From Clostridiales bacterium (GTDB lineage: Bacteria > Bacillota > Clostridia > DUOD01), in the NCBI GenBank assembly GCA_012838995.1, contig DUOD01000063.1, positions 1,383 through 65,382 of the forward strand: DNA of 64,000 nucleotides, in the 5' to 3' direction. The translations under genes were made by a program, and so were the position numbers. Of this stretch, positions 41,316-51,643 are shown piece after piece. A model generated the notes under the pieces. That model did not search any database and was not told the DNA's origin. It worked only from the letters and a program-made list of their open reading frames with translations. Position 1 is the stretch's first letter; each line of letters starts with the position of its first letter.

Positions 41316-42437
41316 TTATTTATTATTCATGAGCAATGCCGCCTGTCGGTATACTTCCTTCAGCTGTCGGCATATCTCCAAATACTCTTCAACTTCCATA
41401 TTATCCTCCATCTTACTGTAAATGTCCACGGCAGTGTTATACAACTGTGAAAGGTCACTCTGCCCGAGTTCCTCATAATAAATTGACGCAGCGTGGGCCA
41501 TTTGCTGTCCCGAATCGCCTATCATTGCCGGTATATGCTGAGTATCATCCACATAATTGATAAATTCTTCTATGTTATCCGGGGCCTGTAAGGCATCCTC
41601 CCTTAAAATATCTTCCATTGAACGGATGTTGGGCGGCTGACCGTCCGAATTGGGGCATAATATGAAATTGCTGCTAAATACCGCCGTATCGTCATCGACC
41701 GACCAAGCCTCTATAAAATCGCTAAAAACAATCTTGGTAGGCAGAGCATCCATCTTCCATGTAAAATAAACATATACATGCTCTTGGTCATATCCGGTAA
41801 TAATTACAAAATCGTAACAAGTCTTGTCTGTAATGCCCAGTTCTTTAAGGTCGACCTGGGCTATAACAGGAAGGCTGTCCACAACCTTCATTTTTATTAT
41901 TTGAAATAGCTGCCGGGCATTTTTACACTCCTTGAGCACGCTGCAGTTTTCCTCCAAGTTGTCTTGAAGTATCTTCGTGTCATTGGTGGGTATCCCCCTA
42001 TATCCTATGGTAGGGCAAAAATTTGAATTCTTCACGATGTCCAGCATCGAGAACACCAAAGGAGCCGGCCCCATGTTATATTCCCTGACCCCTTCATCGA
42101 AATAAAACCTGGTAGGCCTTGCATACACCAGTACCCGGGGATAGGTCAGCTCTGGCAGTTGGTGCATAATGCAGCTGGCCAAGGAAGTTATATGGCTAAT
42201 TTTATGGTGGTATACCACCTTCATCCTATATACTTTGGATACAGGCAGCGTGCTTTGGCCGGCATCTTTCGGACCGTCGGGCGTTGTATTTTGTCCCGGG
42301 GTATCATCCGTAAGGGACGGGGATTTTTTTTCTTCCCCCTTGGACGCCCACCATTCCGTATAGCCATTGGTGCAACCGGTAAAGCAAAACGTAAGTATTA
42401 TGAAAATAACCAGTATGGTTAGCAATTTTTTCTTCAT
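41316..42437 (-). CDS. Lipoprotein with BtrH/C39-peptidase-like domain
   Basis: Lipobox FTGC, Pro/Thr linker, PVIAQVD...FVIITGYD...F..AW pattern. Confidence 0.65.
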   Translation of the reverse strand: MKKKLLTILVIFIILTFCFTGCTNGYTEWWASKGEEKKSPSLTDDTPGQNTTPDGPKDAGQSTLPVSKVYRMKVVYHHKISHITSLASCIMHQLPELTYPRVLVYARPTRFYFDEGVREYNMGPAPLVFSMLDIVKNSNFCPTIGYRGIPTNDTKILQDNLEENCSVLKECKNARQLFQIIKMKVVDSLPVIAQVDLKELGITDKTCYDFVIITGYDQEHVYVYFTWKMDALPTKIVFSDFIEAWSVDDDTAVFSSNFILCPNSDGQPPNIRSMEDILREDALQAPDNIEEFINYVDDTQHIPAMIGDSGQQMAHAASIYYEELGQSDLSQLYNTAVDIYSKMEDNMEVEEYLEICRQLKEVYRQAALLMNNK

Positions 42438-42605
42438 TGGTACCCTCCGGGCAACACAAAATTTGATCCCGTATGTTAATTATTCGTCATATATTATTTT
42501 TTCCCTCTATATTTTGAATAATTATAGTACATTTTTATTGTAACCCGGCAAAGATAAGCGCATATAATGATTTTTAACCGATAATTAATATTTTGGAGGA
42601 TTTAT

Positions 42606-43040
42606 ATGGTAAGAAACGTGAGCGAGGCCAAAATAAAGGAAATATTAGATAAATTCAAAAACGCACGGTTTATCCACAACGGCCGAGATTTGAAAAAGGG
42701 TTTGGATTGTCTCGGATTTGTAATACTGTTTTATAAAGAATTCGGTATTGAAGTGCCCAGCGATGACGGTCATGCCATAGAAAAGCATTGGTACCGCAAA
42801 GATCCCTATAGACTAATCAGGGGGATTATGAATCTGGAAGGCATATACGTCAAGCCGGAGGAAGTACAACCCCTGGATTTGGTATACTTTGCCGTGGGCA
42901 GCGATGTAATAAGCCATCTGGGTGTTATGATCAGCAACGACAAATTTGCCCACATGGCTCCAAGAAGCAATTTGTTGGTGAGCAGTTTAAAACGCCACTG
43001 GCTTAAAAGGTGTAGAGGAGCCAAACGATTGATTATGTAA
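42606..43040 (+). CDS. NlpC/P60 (C40) family cysteine peptidase
   Basis: GLDCLGFV, DLVYF, HLGV and FAH catalytic Cys/His/His; GGAGG RBS. Confidence 0.9.
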   Translation: MVRNVSEAKIKEILDKFKNARFIHNGRDLKKGLDCLGFVILFYKEFGIEVPSDDGHAIEKHWYRKDPYRLIRGIMNLEGIYVKPEEVQPLDLVYFAVGSDVISHLGVMISNDKFAHMAPRSNLLVSSLKRHWLKRCRGAKRLIM

Positions 43041-43124
43041 AATATCAAATAAAAGGGCTGGAACATTGATAACCTATCATATTTTCAGCCCTTTTGCAGA
43101 TTTATTGTAATGCATCGGTATATG

Positions 43125-43253
43125 TTACAATTTTAGATATTTGGTCAGTATATCCATGAAAATTACGGGAAACAGTACACCTAAAGTAAGAAGAAGTGAT
43201 ATTATTATTCCGCCTATACTCCTACCCCATTCCGAACCTAATAACCCCTTCAT
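43125..43253 (-). CDS. Unannotated 42-aa single-TM peptide
   Basis: GGAGGT RBS before ATG; MKGLLGSEWGRSIGGIIISLLLTLGVLFPVIFMDILTKYLKL. Shorter than any ORF in the track. Confidence 0.6.
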   Translation of the reverse strand: MKGLLGSEWGRSIGGIIISLLLTLGVLFPVIFMDILTKYLKL

Positions 43254-43504
43254 GTTAATACCTCCAAACAACTTAATTTATTATATATTATTACACCTGT
43301 TTGTATCATTTAGACGTACAACATGTTTAAATTATTTTACATAATTATTAACTTTTTATTAAAATTATTTTTTACATTTTTCATTAAGACCTGCAATAAA
43401 CAGGGGTTGGAGTAGGGTATTACATCACCCGGTTTTATTAAACCATGGCAGGAGAAAAATTGATAAAGGCGGCCTGCCCCGATATCCGGCCCGGGCAGCG
43501 ATAT

Positions 43505-44308
43505 CTAATCACCCAGCACGAATTTTTCTATGGATTTTGCCACACCATGGGCATCATTGGTACCGGTAATAAAGTCGGCCACTTCTTTAACGTGGGGATA
43601 TGCATTGCCCATGGCAACGCCCAACCCGGCAAATTTTAGCATGGGTATGTCGTTATCCTCATCGCCGATGGCCATGACTTCCGATGCTCGGATACCGTAA
43701 TAAGAAGCCAGATATTTAAGGGCACTGCCTTTGTTAACGTCTATGGGGACAAATTCCAGGTATCTGCCCACCATCAGATATTGTATGAATTTATTTTTAC
43801 AACATTTCTCCAAATCCTCCATATACTCTTTTAATTGACGGCACTCACCCACAAACATAAGTTTGATGAGGTTTTCATTGATATAACGATAAAATTCTTC
43901 TACATATACAAACTTTTGGCCATATCTTCTCCATATTTCAATTTCTTTATCATCGGGAGGTATGTTGGTATACATAATATTATCGATAAAAGCAAACATC
44001 TTTATATTACGCTGTTGGGCATAATCCAGCACGGGTTTTATTTTTTTGTAATCTATCTCCCTTTTATATACCACCTTATGGTCATGGGAGGTTACTATCA
44101 TGGCACCGTTATTTATTATAAAAGGAAGCTTCAGTCCCAGCTCCTTTGCATATCCCTTGACCATATCAAAGGGCCTGCCTGAGCACAAGGTAACCCTGAC
44201 GCCTTTGTCCAAAGCCCTCCTGATTGCTTGTTTATTGCGACGGCTGATTTCCATATTATCGTCCAATAATGTACCGTCCAAGTCTATGGCGATTAGTTTG
44301 TATGCCAC
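43505..44308 (-). CDS. Cof-type HAD-IIB hydrolase
   Basis: DLDGTLL, SGR, NGA, NKG and GDEDND motifs. Confidence 0.95.
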   Translation of the reverse strand: MAYKLIAIDLDGTLLDDNMEISRRNKQAIRRALDKGVRVTLCSGRPFDMVKGYAKELGLKLPFIINNGAMIVTSHDHKVVYKREIDYKKIKPVLDYAQQRNIKMFAFIDNIMYTNIPPDDKEIEIWRRYGQKFVYVEEFYRYINENLIKLMFVGECRQLKEYMEDLEKCCKNKFIQYLMVGRYLEFVPIDVNKGSALKYLASYYGIRASEVMAIGDEDNDIPMLKFAGLGVAMGNAYPHVKEVADFITGTNDAHGVAKSIEKFVLGD

Positions 44309-44513
44309 TATGTTATTCTCCTCCCGGTTAAAATTTTTTTGCTAAACAAAAACAGCAACTAAATTATAGCAACGGGTTGTTAAAAAATCAAACACCCGTC
44401 ATGACGTCAATGGTCCGTCCTAAAAATGAAATATATTCATCAGCCGGTGATAGAATATTCATACGGCAACGACACTCATGAAAGTATAATAAAACTTAAG
44501 CCGGCATTTTTGT

Positions 44514-44540
44514 TGTAACGTTTTACGGTGTTTAGACGTT
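44514..44540 (+). promoter_or_regulatory. ECF-type (probably autoregulatory) promoter
   Basis: TGTAAC-N17-CGTT upstream of the ECF sigma gene, matching the AAC/CGT ECF pattern. Confidence 0.6.
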
Positions 44541-44619
44541 ATTATAGTTAAGAAAAGGGAAGCCAGTTGTTTTTGCTCCCATATTGCAGCAACCAGGTGA
44601 TAAAAAGGAGTATAGATCT

Positions 44620-45147
44620 ATGCTTGATGCGGACAAGTTAAACAAAGCACAGAAGGGCGATTTAGAGTGTATAGAGGAAATATGCAAAAAAACCTGGGAA
44701 CCCTTATACCGCTTTATATATTATAGGGTTCAAAACCGCGAAGAAGCGGAAGACATTACCCAGGAGACTTACGTCAGAGCCCTGTCCTATTTACAAAAAA
44801 ACAGTATTGACGTCAATAAGTACATTGCCTTTTTAAAAACCGTTGCATTAAATATACTGCGGGACAAATGGAGAAAAAATAAACGCCGGAGTGTGACGGT
44901 GGACATAGAATCCGTCAACCCGTCATGGATTTCCACCCAAGCCCAAACGGAGGCCAGTACCTAACGCATTACAATTAAAAATGCGCTAAATAAACTCGGC
45001 GAGCAGCAACAAAAGGTAATAGAATTGAGAATTATCAAAGGTTTTTCGGTAGCCGAAACAGCCAAAATCTTGAACAAAAAGGAAGGCACCGTCCGGGTGC
45101 TGCAATACCGAGCATTGCAAAATCTCTGCCGGTATTTAGAAGAATAA
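44620..45147 (+). pseudogene. ECF sigma factor interrupted by an in-frame TAA at 44962-44964
   Basis: Region 2 (EAEDITQETY) lies before the stop. The same frame continues with region 4 (ALNKLGEQQQKVIELRIIKGFSVAETAKILNKKEGTVRVLQYRAL) to TAA at 45147. Confidence 0.85.
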
Positions 45148-45172
45148 TAAATTGTACAAGGAGGTTAAAACC

Positions 45173-46840
45173 ATGGGTTTTAAGGAAAACAAAATATCCG
45201 ATTACATCGATAAACTTAATGCCGAACAAAAACCCAAAGAACACGAAAGACCCACCCATTCACCGGAGACAGACAAGCTTTTGGATACCGTAAGATTGGT
45301 ACGCAGCTTAAAGGAACCCGCTCTGCCCGAAGCCGGATACCCGAAAAGACTGGCCCGGGCGGTAAAAAGACGACTGGAATCGGAAAAGGACGCTAAAAAC
45401 AAAAGAAGGATATGGCTCACTGGCATGTCAGGTATAGCCGCCGCACTTGTACTGGCAATTATCATCAATTTCCTATGGCCTGTGGGCACGGCCGGCACCA
45501 TCCATGCCATGGAAGAGGCGTTCCAACAAATCAAGGCATATCACGGGTATATTGAAATCATCGAGACTAACGAACAGGGAAAGAGTACAACACAGGGCAA
45601 GCTGGAAGTATGGGCGGATAAAGAGGGACATTATTATACCAGGGTATTGGAAGGTCCGCAAAAGGATTTGGTAACCGTAAACAACGGCCAAAAAAAGTGG
45701 CAGGTGAGACCGGATCAAAATGAAATCCACCTCTTACCCCCGTTCCCCGATACCCATCCCTTTACCTTTGAACTGGGTAATGAAATACAACAGATAACCA
45801 ATGCCTTGTCCATAAAGGCCCTGGGGGAGGATAGGGTGGCAGGTAGAAAAGCTTCCGTGGTGGAAGTAATCCCCGACGGAGGAAGGCCCTATAAGGTATG
45901 GATTGATAAGAAAACAAAACTTCCCTTGAAAAAACAGTCGGCCATGCACAATGCGCTGCAGTATACCATAACCTATACCCAGTTGGATTTGGTGGATAAT
46001 CTACCCAAAGAACTTGTTACTTACAAGGTGCCCGACGGGTTTAGGGAAATTGACACGCACCCCGAACAATTGGTGTCCACCATGCAGGAGGCGGAAAAGG
46101 CCTTGGGGTTTGTTCCCCGGCTTGGTCAAGATATACCCGACGGATATACGCAACAGGGCATAGCCGTACTGCCGGATAGGCAGCTTCTAAAGGTGTACTA
46201 CGCTACCGATGACAATAAGACATTGGCGGTGTTTATGCAAGGCAAGGCAAAAACCCAGTTCAAGCCTGTAAATACGGCCATTTTGGGCAAAGTTGAAAAT
46301 GAAATTGCCGAAATCCAATCCCCCGTATATAACGATTCGGGAATACTAAGTGGCGGATTGCCCTATGCAGGCATGACCGACATGGCTGCTATCCGCTGGC
46401 AGCAGCAGGGCTTTGAATATGCCGTGATAAGCAATACCGGTACGGAGGAATTGATATCCTTCGCACGGCAGTTGACCGACAAGAACATATCCATCGACGA
46501 ACAACCCCCTGAAAAGCCCCAGAGGAAAGTCGAGGTGGACTTGGAGGCAGAGGAAAACCAACAAAAAAGCGTTGATGCAGGGCAATCGCCCTGGAAACTC
46601 GACCCCGTATACGTTGCCCAGGTTTTTGTCAGCCTGCAAATCTCTCCCGATGGCATAACGGGCGAATATCCCGTATCCATGGAAGATTTAACGCTAACGG
46701 CCAACGACGGTAAAAATGCTGTTGTAGAAGTAACCGGGCAGCAAAGCCCCATTAAAAGGGTATACCTAAAGCGTTTGATAAGGCAAGATTCCACCGGTAT
46801 TTGGACGGTGGTGGGCTATGATCCCCTGATCAAAAGGTAG
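45173..46840 (+). CDS. Putative anti-sigma factor with extracytoplasmic LolA/RseB-like domain
   Basis: Short cytoplasmic N-terminus, one TM, TVNNG...W and KVWIDKKTKLPLK LolA-like strands; directly after the ECF sigma; AAGGAGGT RBS. Confidence 0.75.
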   Translation: MGFKENKISDYIDKLNAEQKPKEHERPTHSPETDKLLDTVRLVRSLKEPALPEAGYPKRLARAVKRRLESEKDAKNKRRIWLTGMSGIAAALVLAIIINFLWPVGTAGTIHAMEEAFQQIKAYHGYIEIIETNEQGKSTTQGKLEVWADKEGHYYTRVLEGPQKDLVTVNNGQKKWQVRPDQNEIHLLPPFPDTHPFTFELGNEIQQITNALSIKALGEDRVAGRKASVVEVIPDGGRPYKVWIDKKTKLPLKKQSAMHNALQYTITYTQLDLVDNLPKELVTYKVPDGFREIDTHPEQLVSTMQEAEKALGFVPRLGQDIPDGYTQQGIAVLPDRQLLKVYYATDDNKTLAVFMQGKAKTQFKPVNTAILGKVENEIAEIQSPVYNDSGILSGGLPYAGMTDMAAIRWQQQGFEYAVISNTGTEELISFARQLTDKNISIDEQPPEKPQRKVEVDLEAEENQQKSVDAGQSPWKLDPVYVAQVFVSLQISPDGITGEYPVSMEDLTLTANDGKNAVVEVTGQQSPIKRVYLKRLIRQDSTGIWTVVGYDPLIKR

Positions 46841-46870
46841 GTAGTTGATCTTAGCATTGTAATATCCCCA

Positions 46871-46903
46871 AAGAAGTCATAGGAAACTTCCTATGACTTC
46901 TTT
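46871..46903 (+). terminator. Intrinsic terminator after the anti-sigma gene
   Basis: aagaagtcatagga-aact-tcctatgacttctt. Confidence 0.7.
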
Positions 46904-47168
46904 AAACAAAAAATATCTTGGTTTTATATAGGAAGTGGAATAAAATTAGAATAATATGGACAAATTTTAATAGAATTAAATATAGATTACAAGTCATAGC
47001 ATTTATTGCCTAATTATTACATTTGTTACAATACTATTACAAATATGCATAATTGGTTTTAAATTCTTTACTTTTTGTGCCTATGTATTTACAATTAATT
47101 GGGTGTAACTTATTATTTAATTTATAAGCAGTTATATCATTATCCTTAGTGAATGGGGGATAACAACT

Positions 47169-48773
47169 ATGCAGCCCAGTAGGATGGAAAAACGTAAGAA
47201 AACAGTTAAGAAAAAATTTGCTTTTACCGTCACGTTGTTAGTTATTATAATAATTCTTGGCTTTTCCACAATAACATATGCAAACCACATACTCAATAAA
47301 GAAGTTTTCTACCCCAATATAAAAATAGCCGGTATTGACATGGAAAACTTAACCAAGGATATGGCCATTACCAAACTAAAAGAAAAATTCCAGCCATATC
47401 TGGATGATATAAAAATAACTCTGGCTTTTGAAGATAAAAAATGGGAATTCGACTATAAGGATATAGGCGCTCAATTTGATATCGAGGAAAAGGTGGAGGA
47501 AGCATACCGGATAGGCAGAAAAGGTTCATCGTTAAATAGATTAAGGGAAATATACGATGTTTATAAAAACGGGTTTTCCTCGGATGTAACCTTCAGTTAT
47601 GATGTATCCCTTTTAAAGGACAAGGTACAACAAATAGCGGATGAGCTCTACATACAACCGGAGGATGCCTCCGTAAAATTCCATCCCAATAAAAGCCAAA
47701 AGTTTAGTTTTACTTCGGAAAAAGTGGGCAGGGAAATGGACGTGGAAGCAACCATGGCCATGATAGAGGATGTTATGGAAAAAGAAGATTACTCCTCCGT
47801 CATCGATTTGCCCGTTCACGATATTCAGCCGGAGGTATTTGTGGAAGATCTGAAAAAGGCTACCTACAAAATTTCTTCCTTTAGCACCGATCTTTCCGCC
47901 AGCTCGGCTGCAAGGACCCACAACATCAGACTTGCATCAGAAACCTTCAACGGAAGGGTGGTAAAACCCGGGGAGGTCTTTTCTTTTAACGAATCCACCG
48001 GCGTAAGATCAAAAAAGAAGGGATATAAGGACGCCGCCATCATTGTCGGCGGTAAGGTGGAGGACGGTACGGCAGGCGGAGTGTGTCAAGTTTCGAGTAC
48101 CCTGTACAACGCAGTGTTAATGGCAGACCTTGAAATAGTTGAGCGTACCAAACACGCCTTTCCCATAACATACGTAGGCCCGGGCAGGGACGCCACCGTT
48201 GTGTACGGTGCTTTGGATTTTAAGTTCAGAAATAATAAAGACACCCCTATATTTATAGCCAGTTATGTAAGCAATAAAAGGCTGCTTATAGAAATTTACG
48301 GCGAAAAACTGCCCAATAACAGAAAAATAGAAATACAAACCGAGATTTACTCCTCAAGCCCCGCTCCCGAACCTAAAAGGGTGGTAAAAAAGGATTTACC
48401 GCCGGGAACGGAAAAGGTTGAAATACTGTCAAGAAAGGGTCTTAAGGTCAGGGCGTACAAAGTTATCTATGAAAACGGCGTCAGGGTGAAAAGGGTTTTG
48501 ATATCCGATGATTATTACAAGCCAATAAAGGGGTTAATATACTACAACCCGGCCCCAAAGAAAGAGGAAAAACCAAAGGATAACAACAATAATCAAAACT
48601 CAAAACCTCAAAATACCAAGCCTGAAGATACAAAACCCCAGGGCACCAAACCCCAAGACCCACAGGACTCAAAGCCCCAAAACCCCCAGCCCCAGGAACC
48701 CAAACCGAAAAAGCCGGATACATCGGCCGAACAGCAAAAACCCCAGTCAGAAGAAACGGACAGTGCGGAATAG
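47169..48773 (+). CDS. VanW-family protein with PG-binding, G5-like domain and low-complexity tail
   Basis: N-terminal TM; PGEVFSFN, GGVCQVSSTLYNA, GRDATV and DFKFRN motifs. Confidence 0.9.
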   Translation: MQPSRMEKRKKTVKKKFAFTVTLLVIIIILGFSTITYANHILNKEVFYPNIKIAGIDMENLTKDMAITKLKEKFQPYLDDIKITLAFEDKKWEFDYKDIGAQFDIEEKVEEAYRIGRKGSSLNRLREIYDVYKNGFSSDVTFSYDVSLLKDKVQQIADELYIQPEDASVKFHPNKSQKFSFTSEKVGREMDVEATMAMIEDVMEKEDYSSVIDLPVHDIQPEVFVEDLKKATYKISSFSTDLSASSAARTHNIRLASETFNGRVVKPGEVFSFNESTGVRSKKKGYKDAAIIVGGKVEDGTAGGVCQVSSTLYNAVLMADLEIVERTKHAFPITYVGPGRDATVVYGALDFKFRNNKDTPIFIASYVSNKRLLIEIYGEKLPNNRKIEIQTEIYSSSPAPEPKRVVKKDLPPGTEKVEILSRKGLKVRAYKVIYENGVRVKRVLISDDYYKPIKGLIYYNPAPKKEEKPKDNNNNQNSKPQNTKPEDTKPQGTKPQDPQDSKPQNPQPQEPKPKKPDTSAEQQKPQSEETDSAE

Positions 48774-48777
48774 ATAT

Positions 48778-48805
48778 AAAAAAGGGTGGTAATCCACCCT
48801 TTTTT
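48778..48805. terminator. Bidirectional terminator between vanW and uvrA
   Basis: aaaaaagggtgg-taat-ccaccctttttt. Confidence 0.7.
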
Positions 48806-51626
48806 AATTGTTTAATTTCCTCTTTAAAAACCGTCCGGTAAAACTTTCCCCATGATTACAAATGAATTCGGGACTGCCGTGGGCAACTACGCATCCCCCC
48901 ATTTCACCGCCTTCCGGACCCAAATCTATTATATAATCAGCCGTCTTTATAACGTCCAGATTGTGTTCTATCACGATAATGGTGTTGCCGGCATCACACA
49001 GTTTTTGCAGTACCGACACCAGCCTGTGGACATCCGCCATATGGAGGCCGGTGGTGGGCTCGTCCAAAATATACATGGTCCTGCCTGTACTCCGCTTACT
49101 CAGTTCGGTAGCCAGCTTAACCCTTTGAGCCTCACCCCCCGACAGGGTAGTAGAGGGCTGGCCAAGTTTTATATAGCCTAGACCTACGTCGTACAAAGTC
49201 TGAAGCCTTCTCTTTATTTTGGGTATGTTACCGAAAAACTCCAGGGCATCCTCAACGGTCATATCCAATACCTGGGATATGTTTTTGCCCTTATATCTAA
49301 CTTCCAGGGTCTCCCGGTTGTATCTTTTACCCCTGCACACCTCGCATGGTACGTATACATCGGGCAAAAAGTGCATTTCTATTTTTATTATGCCGTCACC
49401 GCTGCAGGCCTCGCACCTACCTCCCCTGACATTGAAACTAAACCTTCCGCTCTTATAGCCCCTCATCTTGGCCTCCGGGAGTTGCGCGAACAATTCCCGG
49501 ATACCGTCAAATACGCCCGTATAGGTAGCCGGGTTGGACCTGGGCGTCCGTCCTATGGGAGATTGATCTATATTGACAACCTTGTCAAGGTGTTCCATAC
49601 CCCTCATACCCCTATGGGCGCCCGGCCTTACCTTGGCCCTGTTCAGGTCCCGTGCCAATCTTTTGTATACTATTTCGTTTACCAAGGTGCTCTTACCCGA
49701 ACCGGATACACCGGTGACGCAGGTAAACAGGCCCAGAGGAAAGGCCACGTCTATGTCCTTTAAATTATTCTCCTGGGCGCCCAAAACCTCAAGCCAAGCG
49801 CCGTTGGGCTTTCTCCTGTTTTTAGGTACGTCTATCTTTTTTATTCCCGATAAGTACTGGCCGGTTATCGACCGGGGACATGCCTTGATATCCTCCACCG
49901 TACCGGTGGCAACTATTTCACCGCCGTGGATCCCCGGACCGGGGCCCATATCTATAATATAATCGGCGGCATACATGGTATCCTCGTCGTGTTCCACCAC
50001 GATCAAGGTATTACCCAGGTCCCTTAATTGTTTTAAGGTGCTCAGCAACCTTTCATTGTCCCTCTGGTGCAGTCCTATACTGGGTTCATCCAGTATATAC
50101 AGCACCCCCATCAGGCCGGCTCCTATCTGGGTGGCCAGCCTAATCCTTTGGGCTTCGCCGCCCGACAGGGTAGCGGCTGACCGGGCCAGGGTTAGGTAAT
50201 CAAGGCCCACGTCTATAAGAAACCTTAATCGGGCCTTTATTTCCTTAAGGACCTGTCTGCTTATTAAGGCCTGCTTTTCGGTTAACTTTAGGGAGTTAAA
50301 AAACCCGTATATCTCCTTAACGGACATGCAGGTAAGCTGGTATATATTTTTACCCCCCACCGTTACCGCCATGCTCTCCTTCTTCAAACGGGACCCTTTA
50401 CACTGGGGACAAGGGCTGTCGTCCATCAAGGCTTCTATTTCGTTTTTGCTGTATTCCGACAGGGTTTCCTTATACTTCCTTTCAAGGTTGTTTATGATAC
50501 CTTCAAAGCGAGCATAAAAAGTGCCGTACCGACGGCGATGGTGTACCTTGATTCTTTTACCCCCGGTGCCGTAGAGTATTATATTTATAATCTCCTCGGG
50601 CAGATCCTTTATGGGTGTATTAAGGCTGAAACCATAATGTCGGGAAAGGGCTTCAAAGTACATATTGGCAATACTGTCCCCATTTTCAAAATTCCAGCCC
50701 GGCGCCACAATGGCACCCTCCTTAATGGTCCTTCTCTCGTCGGGTATAACCAGCTTAGGATCAATCTTCATCAAGGTACCCAGGCCGTCGCATTCAGGAC
50801 AGGCGCCGTAGGGGCTGTTAAAGGAAAACATACGGGGCGTCAGTTCTTCTATGCTTACACCGCATTGGCTACAGGCCATATTCTGGCTGAACAAAATCTC
50901 ATCACCGCCGATTACGTCAACCAATGCCAGTCCTTTGGACAAAGCTACCACCGTTTCCAGGGAATCGGCCAGCCTCTTTTCCACTCCCTCCTTAAGTATT
51001 ATCCTGTCCACCACCACCTCTATGGTATGCTTTTTGTTCTTTTCCAGTTGGATAGGGTCATTTATATCCATGATTTGGCCGTCTACCCGCACCCTGACAA
51101 AGCCCCTCTTTTTTATATCCCCCAGTATTTTGACATGTTCACCCTTTCTGCCCCTTACCAAGGGCGCCAGCAATTGTATACGGGTACCGTGTTCCATGGT
51201 CATTATGTGGTCCACCATCTGATCAATGGTCTGCTGCTGGATTTCCCTGCCGCAGACATAACAATGAGGGGTCCCGATCCGTGAAAACAAAAGCCTTAGA
51301 TAATCGTAAATCTCGGTTACCGTACCCACCGTTGACCGGGGGTTTTTGCTGGTGGTCTTTTGATCAATGGATATGGCGGGCGACAGGCCGGCTATATAAT
51401 CCACATCGGGTTTTTCCATCCGTCCTAAAAACTGACGGGCATAGGCGGACAGGGATTCAACATACCGCCTTTGGCCTTCGGCGTATATGGTATCAAAGGC
51501 CAGGGACGACTTGCCGGAACCGCTCAGACCCGTCACTACTACCAGTTTATCCCTTGGAATTCTCACATCTATATTTTTTAGGTTGTGTTCCCTTGCACCC
51601 TTTATTATTAAATCCTTTTTTTCCAT
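48804..51626 (-). CDS. uvrA: Excinuclease ABC subunit A
   Basis: GLSGSGKS and GVSGSGKS Walker A, two LSGGEAQR, zinc fingers. Confidence 0.98.
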   Translation of the reverse strand: MEKKDLIIKGAREHNLKNIDVRIPRDKLVVVTGLSGSGKSSLAFDTIYAEGQRRYVESLSAYARQFLGRMEKPDVDYIAGLSPAISIDQKTTSKNPRSTVGTVTEIYDYLRLLFSRIGTPHCYVCGREIQQQTIDQMVDHIMTMEHGTRIQLLAPLVRGRKGEHVKILGDIKKRGFVRVRVDGQIMDINDPIQLEKNKKHTIEVVVDRIILKEGVEKRLADSLETVVALSKGLALVDVIGGDEILFSQNMACSQCGVSIEELTPRMFSFNSPYGACPECDGLGTLMKIDPKLVIPDERRTIKEGAIVAPGWNFENGDSIANMYFEALSRHYGFSLNTPIKDLPEEIINIILYGTGGKRIKVHHRRRYGTFYARFEGIINNLERKYKETLSEYSKNEIEALMDDSPCPQCKGSRLKKESMAVTVGGKNIYQLTCMSVKEIYGFFNSLKLTEKQALISRQVLKEIKARLRFLIDVGLDYLTLARSAATLSGGEAQRIRLATQIGAGLMGVLYILDEPSIGLHQRDNERLLSTLKQLRDLGNTLIVVEHDEDTMYAADYIIDMGPGPGIHGGEIVATGTVEDIKACPRSITGQYLSGIKKIDVPKNRRKPNGAWLEVLGAQENNLKDIDVAFPLGLFTCVTGVSGSGKSTLVNEIVYKRLARDLNRAKVRPGAHRGMRGMEHLDKVVNIDQSPIGRTPRSNPATYTGVFDGIRELFAQLPEAKMRGYKSGRFSFNVRGGRCEACSGDGIIKIEMHFLPDVYVPCEVCRGKRYNRETLEVRYKGKNISQVLDMTVEDALEFFGNIPKIKRRLQTLYDVGLGYIKLGQPSTTLSGGEAQRVKLATELSKRSTGRTMYILDEPTTGLHMADVHRLVSVLQKLCDAGNTIIVIEHNLDVIKTADYIIDLGPEGGEMGGCVVAHGSPEFICNHGESFTGRFLKRKLNN

Positions 51627-51643
51627 TACAATTCCCCAATCTC

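Noticed and set aside
42606-43040. Prophage remnant suggested by the stand-alone NlpC/P60
   Set aside because: No phage structural genes, integrase or att-like repeats nearby.
44962-44964. Selenocysteine or pyrrolysine recoding in the ECF sigma gene
   Set aside because: The stop is TAA, not TGA or TAG.
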